Positions 1 through 11,201 of a DNA stretch of 20,000 bases are shown in pieces. Positions within the stretch are counted from its first letter, which is position 1. Each line of letters begins with the position of its first letter. The stretch covers positions 57,229-77,228 of the forward strand of contig RSEE01000166.1 in the NCBI GenBank assembly GCA_003971905.1, written 5' to 3'. A model generated the notes under the pieces. It ran no database searches, was not told where the DNA came from, and worked only from the letters and a program-made list of their open reading frames with translations. The translations under genes were made by a program, and so were the position numbers. The stretch comes from Moniliella sp. 'wahieum'. Lineage: Eukaryota.

Positions 1-60
1 AGGGGTACTGTCATCGTTTGTCGGCACTGCCGTGATACGAGGAGGCAGGACGGACAGCAA

Positions 61-154
61 GGCGAGATAGCGAAGTGGTCTAACGCGCTGTGTAAGGAAT
101 CCCTTCCATAACCGCAGTCCTCCGGGGCGTGGGTTTCGAATCCCACTCTCGTCA
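61..154 (+). tRNA. tRNA-Leu, probably anticodon AAG, with a 14-nt intron (98-111)
   Basis: Acceptor stem GGCGAGA/TCTCGTC with discriminator A154. D-arm GCG-AAGTGGTCTAA-CGC. Anticodon stem CTGTG(88-92)/CGCAG(113-117) with AAG at 94-96 followed by G. Class II variable arm TCCTCCGGGGC. T-arm GTGGG-TTTCGAAT-CCCAC. The intron contains CCTT, complementary to AAGG. As written, the anticodon loop is one T short and the T-loop one T long. Confidence 0.88.
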
Positions 155-156
155 TC

Positions 157-160
157 TTTT
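157..160 (+). terminator. Probable RNA polymerase III terminator (T run) of the tRNA gene
   Basis: TTTT run starts 3 nt after the discriminator base. Confidence 0.55.
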
Positions 161-468
161 GTTGCTGTGGTGGGCCCCTGCTGCGCCCCCCGCCGCCCTG
201 CCCAGCCCCGCTTTGGGCACTCCGATCCAAGCGAAACTGTCCCGTGCTCGTCAGCAGGTGGGTGCGTATCCGCCCGGTAGCACAGCCACCGCCTGCGCAG
301 CACAGACACAAACCGTATCATATATCACCCTGAATAATTCCGAGCCCCCATGGACGGATTTCCCAGGCGTTGCAAGCGTCCTCGCGAGCGGGTGGCTCTT
401 TGGCGTTTGCTCTTTCGCCCCCAGGCATAACCCTCGCACCTCACTTCTGGTTCGCTCTTTCCAACCCC

Positions 469-1950
469 ATGGCAAGCAAAGGTCTCTTGGGCGGGCTGTC
501 GTTGCCGCTGGTAACCGTGCGAGGGGGCGGAGGCGCTCTGGTGGCCGTGTGTCGGCGCCCGCGGCAGTCCTGCGGTGGCCCAGCGGCCGAACCTGTTCCT
601 GCTCCTTGTCCCCGGCAACCCCGGTCTGCCGAGCTACTACCTGGACTACCTCTCCGCCTGCACGCCCATCCCTGCTCCAAGGCCGCGTGGAGATTTTGGC
701 CGTGGGACATGTGGGCCACACGGCGCTGCCGCGGACGGTACCTCGGTCGAAGCCGGTGCGGTGCTGCTCGTTGCAAGACCAGATCCAGCACAAAGTCCGC
801 ATTGTCGATCGCATTCGTGCCACCTACCCGCGTCTGGGCGCGGGGGAGCCAGGAGAGGAGGTGGAGGTGGTGCTGTGTGGCCACAGTGTGGGCGCGTACA
901 TGCTGCTCGAGATACTGAAACAACGCGCAGCGCAGTTGGATGGCCTGCATCTGCTCTTCCCGACCGTTGCCCATATTGGTTCGGCACCCAATGCGCCCGG
1001 GATCCGAGTACGTGTTGGCTGGCCGGCCTCCTTCCCAGCTGGTCTTTCTCGTCCTTCAACCCGTGCTGAGAGCGAGGAGACGCCGAGCCTGGCCCAGCCG
1101 CGGTTTCGTACTGACTCTGTGCTCTTCGTTTCGTTTCTCCCAGGTTCTTGCGTCTTGGCCCTTCCGGCAGATCGCGCAGGGCTTCTGCCTGCTTCTCAGT
1201 GTGCTGCCCTTTTATTGGCTTGCCGTGTTGGTGCATTGGATTACGGGGCAATCGCTGACGCCCAGTGCGGCCGAGACGACAGCGACGCTGCTTTCGACGC
1301 CCGGGGCCGTTACCAACGCGTTGCGAATGGCGCTGGAGGAGTTTGACGAGATTGGGGATGTACCCGCCGAGACGATTGAGGCACTGCTGACATTTACCCA
1401 CCCGTCTCTTGCGCCCGGGACGACGCCGGCCCGACGCAAGGCCGGTGTGGTTCGTAGCTATTGGGCCGCTGGCGATCGGGACCATTGGGTTCCCGAGTGG
1501 ATCCGGACACATTCAGAGCAAGTGCTCAAGTTGTTGCCGACGCGCGTACACCCCCGTTCATGTACCTGCGCATGTCGCTGGCGTTCCGGACGAGGAGAGC
1601 GAGGCGATTGTGCAGGCGCTGACGCACGAGGAGGGGGAGCAGGTGGTCGCCAGCACAAAGGCGAAGGACAGCACAAGTGCCACCCCCCGCACCGCGCACG
1701 ACGTGGACGAGGAAGGCGAGCAGTTGCCGGTTCGGACGGCCACGGTGTGTGAGGTGGGGATGCCGCATGCGTTCTGCCTGGAGTGTGAGTCTAGTGGCGT
1801 GCCGAGGGAGGAAGGGGGCGGGGAGGAAAAGGCGAAAGCGGGGCGTGAGAGTGCTGACTATCTTCTGTCTCCTACGCGGCAGATTCGGCGGAGATGGCGC
1901 GCATCTCGGCGCATTGGTTGGCCTACGACCATGGTCTGGTAGACAAGTAA
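469..1950 (+). CDS. LDAH: Lipid droplet-associated hydrolase (LDAH/DUF2305 family alpha/beta hydrolase); introns 1008-1143 and 1785-1882; several apparent frameshifts
   Basis: Family motifs across frames: LLVPGNPGLPSYYLDYL, GHVGH, SLQDQIQHKV, nucleophile elbow GHSVGAY, LLFPTVAHIGSAPN, DHWVP, and C-terminal PHAFCLE/YSAEMARI. Introns GTACGT..ACTGAC..CAG and GTGAGT..GCTGAC..CAG splice in frame. ATG at 469, TAA at 1948-1950. Confidence 0.88.
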
Positions 1951-2707
1951 GGATGGAGCAGGTCGCCTTGACGGAGCGGGGGCGGGCTCCCCTGATGGAC
2001 CTAATTGTTTCGTTCCGGTTCTGCCGCTTCCATCTTTTCCATCAAGGTCGTGACGGACGTGGCGCCGATCCCTGCTAAGATTCACTGGCAAGCGCGCCTA
2101 AAGAGATGAAGGTGGTGCCGGATAAGCAGTACGTGTATGCGCCCCCGACACGTGAGGACAACCACAATGCGATTCTTGATGGCTGTACCTCCCCCTCTGT
2201 GCGGGTTAGCGCGAACAGTGCAATGGAGTGTCAATCTAGCCCCCGTCCCCCTCAAGTCTCATCGTCAGAAGCTACCTATAAATTGCTAGGAAGCGGTGCT
2301 ATGCTGGGCTGGGGGAGAAGGTAATCCGGTCGTAACTAGAACGAAGGAGCGCGCTCTGCGGTGGGTGTAGTGGATAGAGGTCGCCGGAGATACAAGGAGC
2401 AGGTTTAGCATGGGGTTCAGACACGGTCGTGCGCATCTGTTCCAACTGGATAGGGTCGCAGAGGACCAGATGGGATACAGACAGTTGTCCGCGCACGATC
2501 AGGATCATGTGCGGGAGAAAGATCGGGACAGAAGAAACAGAGTGGGGCGAAGAAGAAAAGAATGCCAGACCTTTCCCTCTTGGCCAGTTCACGTGGGAGC
2601 GGCGAATTTAGGACAACGCGGGCGCACCCAACTTCATCACGACGGTATCTGCTTTCCCCCCTTTCCTGCCACCCGGTCGGCCCACGCACCAGGGCAGAAA
2701 CATCGGT

Positions 2708-3703
2708 TCAACGCTCGGGGATTCTGTGCTGCGGTGCGACGAACCCAGTGTGCAGAGGACGATACGACCAATTGCGCGTCCCAGCCCGCAGCCTAGACGG
2801 GAAAGGAGACACGTGAAAAGGAGAAGCAGATCGACCTTCCCCCATAGTTTGGTCTACCACGTCTGCATATGCTCGTCCGCGCCCCTGGAGATGGGGGTGG
2901 ACGCTGGAACGGGAGCAGGAGTAGGAGCAGAAGCAGACAGGAGCAGGAGCAGGAGGGGCGTGGTCCGGCTCATCGCTGTACCCAGCCACGAGAGCAGACC
3001 ATTGCTGGTCAGGGGCAAGGGCGTGGAGCTGTTCGGGGGCGAGTTTGCTCTTGCTCTGGCTGTCTGCCGTTGCCCGGGCAGGGTAGGGCGGGCGAGGCGC
3101 AGCGCCGTTGGGCGGGATGGCGTGTGCTGGCGGAGGGAAGGCAGCATGCTCTGCCTCCAGTGGATCATGGGGATCGGCGGCAGATCGATCTGGCGCGGGT
3201 TGCCACCAAAGCCATAGTACTCGTCGGAGAAGCGGGCCACCTGCCACCTGTGAGGCCATCAGTCAGTCAGTCAGTTGCTCCGCCCGGACGACGGCCCTAT
3301 CACAGCGGGCCGCAGGCCCGGTGTTGTCTTTTTCCCCCGAGGCCAAGCAAAACAGGGGGTGGACACGCACATGCCGGTCGCTGCGTCCCATTGGGGGCCG
3401 CGTTGGGCGCGGGCCCAGACCAACAGCGAGTTCCACTCGGCGGCAGAGATGTAAGGCTGGGCGTCGGGCGCAGAGGCGGCGGCGGCCTTCCATGGTGGGG
3501 GCGGATCAAGAGGGTCCGGTGGGCGGAGGCGGGGCGGGTGCGCCGCGGGCAAGAACAGGGGCGCGGACGATGAGCTCGCGTGCGGGGGCCAAGGTGGGCG
3601 CCATGGCGGGCGGCAAGGCGAGGGCGAAGACGAGGGCGAGGGCGAGGGCTGCGTTCCCCGCCAGCCGACGCGACGGGCGGAAGCAGATGGAGGGCAGGCG
3701 CAC
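2708..3703 (-). CDS. Hypothetical Pro/Ala-rich protein, possibly secreted; intron 3248-3370; both ends uncertain
   Basis: A hydrophobic segment NAALALALVFALALPPAMAP is followed (other frame) by PDPLDPPPPWKAAA..YISAAEWNSLLVWARAQRGPQWDAATGM. The intron GTGCGT..CTGACTGACTGAC..CACAG joins this in frame to WQVARFSDEYYGFGGNP. There is no in-frame ATG before the hydrophobic stretch (GTG at 3703, ATG at 3604). Confidence 0.45.
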
Positions 3704-3707
3704 GCGA

Positions 3708-3717
3708 GTCACGTGAC
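3708..3717. promoter_or_regulatory. Palindromic E-box GTCACGTGAC (Cbf1/bHLH-type site) between divergent genes
   Basis: Perfect 10-bp palindrome matching RTCACGTG, about 170 bp upstream of the MIA40 ATG. Confidence 0.3.
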
Positions 3718-3888
3718 CAGGCCGGCTTAACTCCGTCCTTGCCACCCAGGCACGGGGGCTGTGTGGAAGTTAGCCCGTACGCGTAAGCCCGGGTAGCGCC
3801 GGCTGGCTGCGCTGGCACCTAACCGTCTGCTCCCGGCGGCTTCTTGGTGGGGCTTGCTTGGCCTGCCCCCACCGCCCGTGTCTGCGCC

Positions 3889-4741
3889 ATGCTCGCCCCC
3901 CTCCGCGCCGCCCTGCGTCCGTCGCTCGCACACGGCGTCCGCGCTGTGTCCACCGCCGCCGCCACCCGCCCCGCTGCCGCCGCCACCGCCCGCTGGTCCG
4001 CCGCCGCTGCCACGGTCGCCCTCGCTGCCACGGGCCTCTACCGCCGCGGCGCCCCCGCTGCACCTCGAGGGCCGCTCCAGCTACGACCAGCGTCTCTCCC
4101 ACATCACCCGCGCCGCCGCCGCCGCCGCGCCGCAGCAGCAGGAAGAGTCCTACACCCACCCCTCGTCCAGCGCCAACGCGCCCCCCCGTCGCAAGACGTA
4201 CCACGAGCGGATTGCGATCATCAATGAGTCTGAGCAGACCGTCGATCAGTTCTCCGTGGAGGGACAAGGTATGTTACTATCCCCCTCTGACTGCGTCTCT
4301 CGTGACGCGTGACCGGGACGAAACTGACTTCGTCAAATCCGAAATCCGCAATGCTAGATGCCGAGGCGGTCGAGGAGGTGGCCGAAGCTATTGTCGACGC
4401 CGAACTGGCTACCTTGAAGGCCGAGGCCGAGGCTGCCTTGTCGGACGAGCCTCAGTCGGCGGCGTTTGACCCGCTTACGGGCCAGATCAACTGGGACTGC
4501 CCTTGCCTCGGTGGCATGGCCCACGGCCCGTGTGGGGAAGAGTTCAAGTTGGCGTTCAGCTGCTTTGTGTTTAGTGAGGCCGAGCCCAAGGGGATCAACT
4601 GTGTGGACAAGTTCCAAAACATGCAGACCTGCTTCCGCAAGCACCCCGATGTCTATGCCGAGGAGATTTCCGACGATGAAGAGGCCTCGCGTGCGGCTCA
4701 AGCCGAGGCGGAAGCCGAGGCCGAGACCCCCCTCCACATAA
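3889..4741 (+). CDS. MIA40: Mitochondrial intermembrane space import and assembly protein Mia40 (fungal membrane-anchored type); intron 4269-4357
   Basis: Arg/Ala-rich presequence [21 protein letters not shown], hydrophobic anchor [16 protein letters not shown], and core [65 protein letters not shown] (CPC plus twin CX9C). Intron GTATGT..ACTGAC..TAG is in frame. One frameshift near 4045. Stop is either TAA 4739-4741 (if the C-run is miscalled) or TGA at 4806. Confidence 0.96.
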
Positions 4742-6048
4742 GACCTGCATGCCCCACCCCAAATAACACACACCACTCGTTGCCTCTAATTGTGCCCACG
4801 TCTTGAACTGTTCTTCCAATGCTGACGCGCTGATGGTGCAGCGTGGATTGGAGAACCAAAAGCTGTTCAACAGGCTGTTGCCTGGAAAAATGTGATGCTT
4901 TGACAGCAAAGACGGAATGGGCGAAGCAAGGCGTTGTAGCCCAGGAATTAGTTGCGATTAGAAGGAAACTTCTTGTAGTCGGGGGGACGCTGCAGCCTCA
5001 AAAACAGTCAGTGAGGAATCGCGTCAGGAGGGGAGTTGGAATGTGTAGGTTCTCCTGTTGCTTGGATGTTTGGTCGACTACAAATATACCCCCACGGCGA
5101 GTAAAGCTCAGGCCCGAGACTATGGGGCAGACAACCCCATGGGTTAACGACTGCACTGGGTGAGGGGGCCTGGCCCAGGACCAGTTCGCTGGGATCACCG
5201 TCAAAGCAAAAGAGAAAACGGGCTAAGTACCATTCGTGAGGGCCCGAGAAGAAAATTGGGGGAACAGCACGAGTTCCCGCGCCTGCAGTGTTTCCCAGGT
5301 GACCACGAATGAGCCACTATCCCAGCGGAGAAGGCGGCACAGTTATGCACGTTGTCTCCTTGTCCTTGTCCTTGGTCTTCTTGAGCGTCTAATCGGCTGG
5401 GCATCCGCACTGCGAGAAAGAGCCCAAGTCGCACGCAAAGTACATTTCCTTGAGCGAAACAAGAGGCTGCGAGCAACAAGAGAGATACAGAGATGAAGAA
5501 GCAAGCAGATACCCTCGCTGGCCTTGCAGCGATCCAGACTACTAAGCTACAGCTACTCGGCGCAGCCCATCAAGCACGTACTCGGACTGCGCCTACGGGC
5601 GGAGCCCCCTCTTGCCATGTGCGAACGCGGTACGCTGACCGGGCGTGAGGCAGGCTGGTCCAGTACCCGGGGTGTACCGCGGCATACCAACCTCCCGCGA
5701 CCCGCATCCATCCTCTGCCTTGGCATACGCTCCCCCCACAACCAAAACAGCCCAGTCCGCCTCCTCCTCCTCCCCCCACCACCACTAACACACACCTAAG
5801 CTATAGACGAGCATGCCACACCCAATCTCATCTCGCGTCTCGTGAGTGGGATTAACGACCAAACATTCATCCAGGCCGGCCAATCTTACCCCTGATAACA
5901 GGATAGGCGGTGTTTCTGCCTCATTTTACCGTATATGGTGCCGTCCGCTCTCGGCATGGCAGCACCAACCGCAGCACGTAGCAGTAGGAGGAGGAGGAGC
6001 AAAAACGAACGCGCGGAAAGCAGGTCGGTCACTACTGTGCAGGGCGAC

Positions 6049-6489
6049 TTATTGAGGCGTGTCCGTCTCTGTCTTCCCGTCCTCTTCGCGCAGCTGAGCG
6101 ACACGGAGCTGGTTGCGTTTGCCCAGCACGCGCAGCGTGCGCTCCCGCTCCAGCTCGGTCATCTTGGCCCAGTTCTCGATCCTCGAGAGGGTCTGTGGGT
6201 ATGGGTATGGGCACGGGGGCGAGGCAAGGCAAGGCAGGAGAAGGCAAAGGTCAGGGTACGATCGTTCGTGAACCACACCATACGCTGGCAAGGCCACCAA
6301 CAAAGGTGGCAAGCAGGATGGAGCAAGCACGTACCCCATTGGAGTTGACGACGAGCGGGCCGAGCTGGTCAAACTTGAGGTTGGCCGAGCCGGAAGACAA
6401 GTCGAGCTGCTGCGCATCGGACGGGTGCTCTGGGGAGGCTCAATGTACCCGCTCACGTGCTGCGGTGTTTCGTCCGGTGCGGATGGCAT
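6049..6489 (-). CDS. Small (~100 aa) conserved protein of unknown function; intron 6193-6334
   Basis: Stitched product MPSAPDETPQHVSGYIEPP(P)EHPSDAQQLDLSSGSANLKFDQLGPLVVNSNG/TLSRIENWAKMTELERERTLRVLGKRNQLRVAQLREEDGKTETDTPQ*. The GTACGT..CAG intron is phase 0 and one C-run frameshift near 6433 is needed. The motif LGP.VVN.[DN]GT.SRI.NW..MT..ER..T.R...KRN is recalled from an uncharacterised family in fungi and microbial eukaryotes. Confidence 0.8.
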   Translation of the reverse strand: MPSAPDETPQHVSGYIEPPQSTRPMRSSSTCLPARPTSSLTSSARSSSTPMGYVLAPSCLPPLLVALPAYGVVHERSYPDLCLLLPCLASPPCPYPYPQTLSRIENWAKMTELERERTLRVLGKRNQLRVAQLREEDGKTETDTPQ

Positions 6490-7034
6490 GGGAGGCAAGA
6501 GGCAAGAGGCGGCTGGAAGGGGCTGAGCGGGGCCTGAGCAGGCGGAGGCAGTTCAGTTGAACGTTGAGGGCGGGGAGGACGGGGGCCACTGGCATTGGGG
6601 CCGTGGCGAAACAGACGACAGACTGGGTCAACGCAAAGACTGCAATGTTCAGATGAATGGTTCAACATCCGAACCACACACGCACGCACACGCTCTACTT
6701 CTCCTGCCGCGTCGATGACTTGGCTTGCGTGAGGAATGAATTTCTGTCGCCTAATACGTGCTTTTGCATCTAGCGCTTGCATCGTTCGTGGGCTCGGAGT
6801 ACAGAGTACGGAGGCAAGGCTGCGCACCGCAGGAGGATGCGGCTGCCCCCATTCGACCCAGCCGCATCAAGCGCACGCGCTGCCGCCGTCTGTGCCACAC
6901 ACACACACATACACATGGGTGCCAGATTCGATCCGAGTATGGAGGTATCATGGGAACAGCAGCCGCGCGAGGAGAAGATCCGAGCGCCCCAGCCAGGCGC
7001 GGCAAGGACAAGACGAGAGAGAAGGGGGGAGGCA

Positions 7035-7256
7035 AAGAATGGAATGGGATGGAATGGAATGGGGGGGAAGGAGCGGGAGAAAGTGCGGCACAGACAAAGA
7101 CAAAGACAGATCAGACACAAACACACAGCCACCAGCCCAACGGCCCACGGCAAAGGCTCGGACCCGGACCAAACAGGCAAGGCAACGGCAACGGCAACGG
7201 CAAAGGCAAAGACGAAGGCAAAGACGAAGACAAAAGCGAATCAGAGAGTAGAGTAA
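7035..7256. repeat. Compound microsatellites ((GAATG)n, (GACAAA)n, (GGCAAC)n, (GGCAAAGACGAA)n) just downstream of the exportin-like stop codon
   Basis: Visible short tandem units at about 7037-7061, 7091-7110 and 7181-7235. Confidence 0.7.
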
Positions 7257-7262
7257 GCCATC

Positions 7263-10200
7263 TCACCGCACAAGCACTTTTGCCCGGGCGCGGTCCACAG
7301 CCGGACGGACGGCTTGGACGAACCCGTCCTGGGCCTTGCGCGACGCTTGGACGCGCATCCTGCTCTGCAGGCGCAAAAAGTTCGAGCTGCCGCTGCCCGA
7401 GCCAGCATGGCCCGTACGGAAAGGAGAGCCTGCTGGAGCGCGAGGCGGTCAGGTACATTTCTGCGCGGTACTGTTGTTGTCCGAGGAAAATCTGTTCTAC
7501 GGCGCGCACCACCTCGGGCGAAGGAGCTTGCACGGCGTCTTGCGTCGGCGCACTAGGCGGGGTCGAGGCAAAGTTCTGAAGCGCCTCCAGTACCCCCGGT
7601 TCGCCTCCCATCGAGTCTTTGGAGAAACGAGGAGGAGCGATAGAGTGCCTTGAGATAATCGTCCATCACCCCCGGGTCCAGCGGGCCATACAACACCGTG
7701 CTGAGCAGATGCGCCATGAGACGACGAAGGACCAAGCTGATGTGGGCCAATGCGTCGAATCGGTCGCCGGGCGTTAAGGAAGAGGCAGGACGTTGGACGC
7801 GGTTGTGGCAAACGACTGGATCGCCTCGAGAACAGTTACTACACACGTGCCGTCTTCCACGGCCAAGGCCATGGCGATCGCCTCTGCCACGCCAGCCAAG
7901 AGATCCAGACCTTCTCCCGCGCTTAGGATGAGCGGAGAAGTCGCTTGGTTCCAGTACGCACCACGTCCACACAGGCCGAAGCAAATGTCGCTCCCAAGGA
8001 GGGGGCTTGGGCCAGAGCACTGGGTGACCAGCTTGGCCAAGGTCGAAAATGCCAGCAGCATCACATCCTCCAGCCTGCTTGACGATAGGTACATCCCCTC
8101 TGCCCGACCAGGAGCTTCGACACCCAAGGCAAAGGGGGGCACGAGGTAATCCTGAGAGTTGGCCATAGGATTCGATTGGTTCGCCGCACCACCTTGAGCC
8201 AAGGCCGGGACAATCTGCAGTGCCTCCTCCAGCATCGCATAGGGCTTGCTCGCATCCGGGTCTTCTTTGGACAGGAGTATCAACACGTCCTTGTCCGTCG
8301 ACAGAGCTTGAAAGAAGCCCCACACACCCTGGGCCAACGCCGGGACAACGTCGGCGTCCGACGCATCATCATCAAGGTACTCGAGCGTCGTGGACAAGGC
8401 CAAGTATATCCTCAACACAGCAAGCACAACAGGAGGTGGGAGCGGAAGGCAGTGCACAGTTGGTTAAGGGTGGGGAAGAAAGGCTGGGCAAAGCCAAAAT
8501 CGTCCGAGCCGAACGGGGCTGGATCGAAGCCCCCAACCCTTCGAGCATGTCGAGCGTCTTTTGCAGTTCAACCACAGCGTACGACCCGGGCTGTCCGCCC
8601 GCCGAGGCAGAGAGCAATGAACCGGACTGGATTAGGGTCTCGAACCGAGTCGAGATGTAACCCGTCAGACGAAGGAAGGCCAGTTCAGCCTGAGGCGCGG
8701 CCGAGCGGGGGCCAGAAAAGATCAAGCCCACAGCCGCGGCAATGAGCTTACCGTGTGTACCGGCCCAGAACAGGAAGTGATTGGAGAATGGCCGAAAACA
8801 GAAGATTGGTCGACGGCTCGTCCGTCAAAAACTTGCCCGGCAACGCTTCGGACAATTGGACGATTTGACGCACGCGGCCGCCTCGCCCACCACGTCGGCA
8901 TCCGAGGACCAAGTTTGAATGGCGAGACTGATCGCCTGAATCAACGAACGTAACGTTGACGCGCCCGCATCCGCGGTGAGCGCGCCCCCGGCAACAGAGG
9001 AGAAGTAGGCAGTTGCCCATCGACCGTAAACCAAAGCCAGGTTTGCAGTACCAAGGGCTCACCTCCCCCTCGGACCGCTGGGTCAGAGCCAAGAGGCGAG
9101 AAGTGCCCACGTCAGCCAAGAGCCGCAAGGGCAGCCTGCCCCTCTGCAGCGGCTTCCCTTTCCGCCTCCGTGTGTGGGGTGAGCTTTTCTGCAATCTCAA
9201 TGGGAGGGGAAGGGGTCTCGCCTTGGGATGCGTCGGCAAGAACGTGGCCGGCAATGAGCAAGAGCCAATTGAGTTGTTCCCACGTCGAGTCAAGGTCTTG
9301 CCCCGCTTGAGCTGCCTCCAGAGCAGCAAAGCAGCCTTGAAGGTACTCGGCCAACGAGAGAGGGAGAGAGAGCGCGTCGGTGCGCGCCAGAAGACCCAAG
9401 CTGGTCAGTTGGTCTGCGTACAGCTCAAGGTCATTCGTCGTCTCCTCTCCTTGCTCCGACATGCCATCTTGCGCCTCTAGCGAGACGAGCAGGGCAGCCG
9501 AAGTAAGTCTGCCTCGAACATAGGGTTGAACCACTTCACTCTGCACTACCGTGTGCATCATGTTGACTGCGGTCATGAGTGTGCTCGCCGATGCGCTCAC
9601 GCTTCCTGTGGAAGCCCCGCAGGCAAATGAAACGGGTCGTCGGGGTCCTCGGCGGCTACGAGCTTGGAAGTCTCGCTGGTCAAGGTTTGGTTGAGAGCGA
9701 TCCAAGTTGCAACAGCTGATTCACCACTTCCTCCCGCTGAGCATCCGCCTGCTCCCGATCGCCCTGAGCATAAGCGTGATGGAAGTGGAGCCAAATGCAT
9801 AGGCAAACGTAGCTCGGCTCATGATGGGCAAGGATTCGAGCAGCGCACACAATTGTGACGTCTCCCCCGAAGCCGGGGCCAAGGTGGCGCTCAGCAGCCA
9901 CGCGGGCGAGTTGCACTGCCACCAACGCGGTCCGAGCCAAGAAAAGCAGGTGGGCACCGTACTGTTCCGCGTCGTTGGCCACTGCCAAACCGGGCACGGC
10001 GGGCACACCAAGCCCTCAGGATCGACCGGCTTGACCTGATTCCCCCATAGAAAGAGTTGACTCTCTAAGCGCTGGCGGAGGGAGAGTGTGTCCATGGGGG
10101 ACGACGTGGCAGTGTGAGCATCGAGAGCAACGGGCACGAACGCTGCGCGAGCAAGATACATGTCTTGCTCCGATGGACCAGGGGCAATCAAAGACCCTCC

Positions 10201-11168
10201 CTGCCCTGCAGAAGCTAAGCGGAGGGCGACGAGATACGTCTCGGATAAAAGCGAAAGCAGGTCAGGCGAAAAGAGAATGCGCGGGCCAATGTTGGTAATG
10301 CCCACCTCTTCCGACAGGCCCGAATCGAGATGAGCAAGCACAACAGGGACCTCCGAAGCCTCGGGAACGAAGGTGTCTGACGTGGAGGCAGTCTGCTTGG
10401 CCAGCCGGAAGCAAGAACATGGTCGTCCAAAGTCAACGAACCCAAATCATTCGTCCCATCCGAAGGGGAAGTTTGCAGTCGTTCTTCAGCGATCCGCAGC
10501 ACATCGTCTTGCAAGAATGCCCAGCCCAGCAAATCTTCCAACGCAACCAATGCGCTGAGCACGACCGCCTCTGACTGAGATGTAAAGGAAGAGATGTGAT
10601 CCTTGACTTGATTGAGAACCAGAGGGAGCACATGAGCGTAGGAATAACTCTGGATCCAGGGCATGCAGGTCAGTCCCAGTCCTCCACCACCCCTCATCGC
10701 TCATGGCAAAGAAGACAAGAAAGGTCACATACCTGGAACGCAGCCTTGCACAATAGATGGACAGATGCAGTGAGTCCTGGGCTTCCCTTCCACCGCGCGC
10801 GCTTTGCCCTTTTCTTCGCCCCCCGGGACGCGGACGTATCAGGATCGGCAGTGGCGGCGCTGGCGAGGGAATATTCGTCTATGGTCGCATGGACCAGGCC
10901 CAGGCCCAGCCAGGGCAGATCGGAGGGCGAGACGGAAAGAGTGCTGGGCTGCAGCAGCGAAGAGAAGAGACTGTTGAGTTGGTCGGCATGCTGTGGGCGA
11001 CGCTAGTCAGGGATGCCGGAGGGGACTGTTGGCTGGCCAAGGCCAGGTCGACAGCAAGCGCCTTTTTGCCAATGGCGGCAATGGCCTGGAAGGCGCGGCG
11101 CTGGACGTATGCGGGCCAAGGCGCGGACGAGGCGTCAGATGAGGGCAACGACGTGGCGGGGGGAGAGG

Positions 11169-11201
<33 letters not shown>

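Noticed and set aside
129..468. N-terminal part of the 405-aa ORF 129..1346
   Set aside because: It starts at a GTG inside the tRNA T-arm. The real LDAH start is more plausibly ATG 469.
5389..5707. Possible small spliced minus-strand gene (MRVAGGWYAAVHPGYW.., donor GTACGT at 5581, acceptor at 5467)
   Set aside because: No clear branch point and no recognisable product. Cannot be supported without RNA-seq.
6736..7579. Plus-strand ORFs with GNGNG/RQRQ/ATAT low-complexity runs
   Set aside because: All three frames are open because of microsatellites, and the region overlaps the exportin 3' end in antisense. No domain or splice support.
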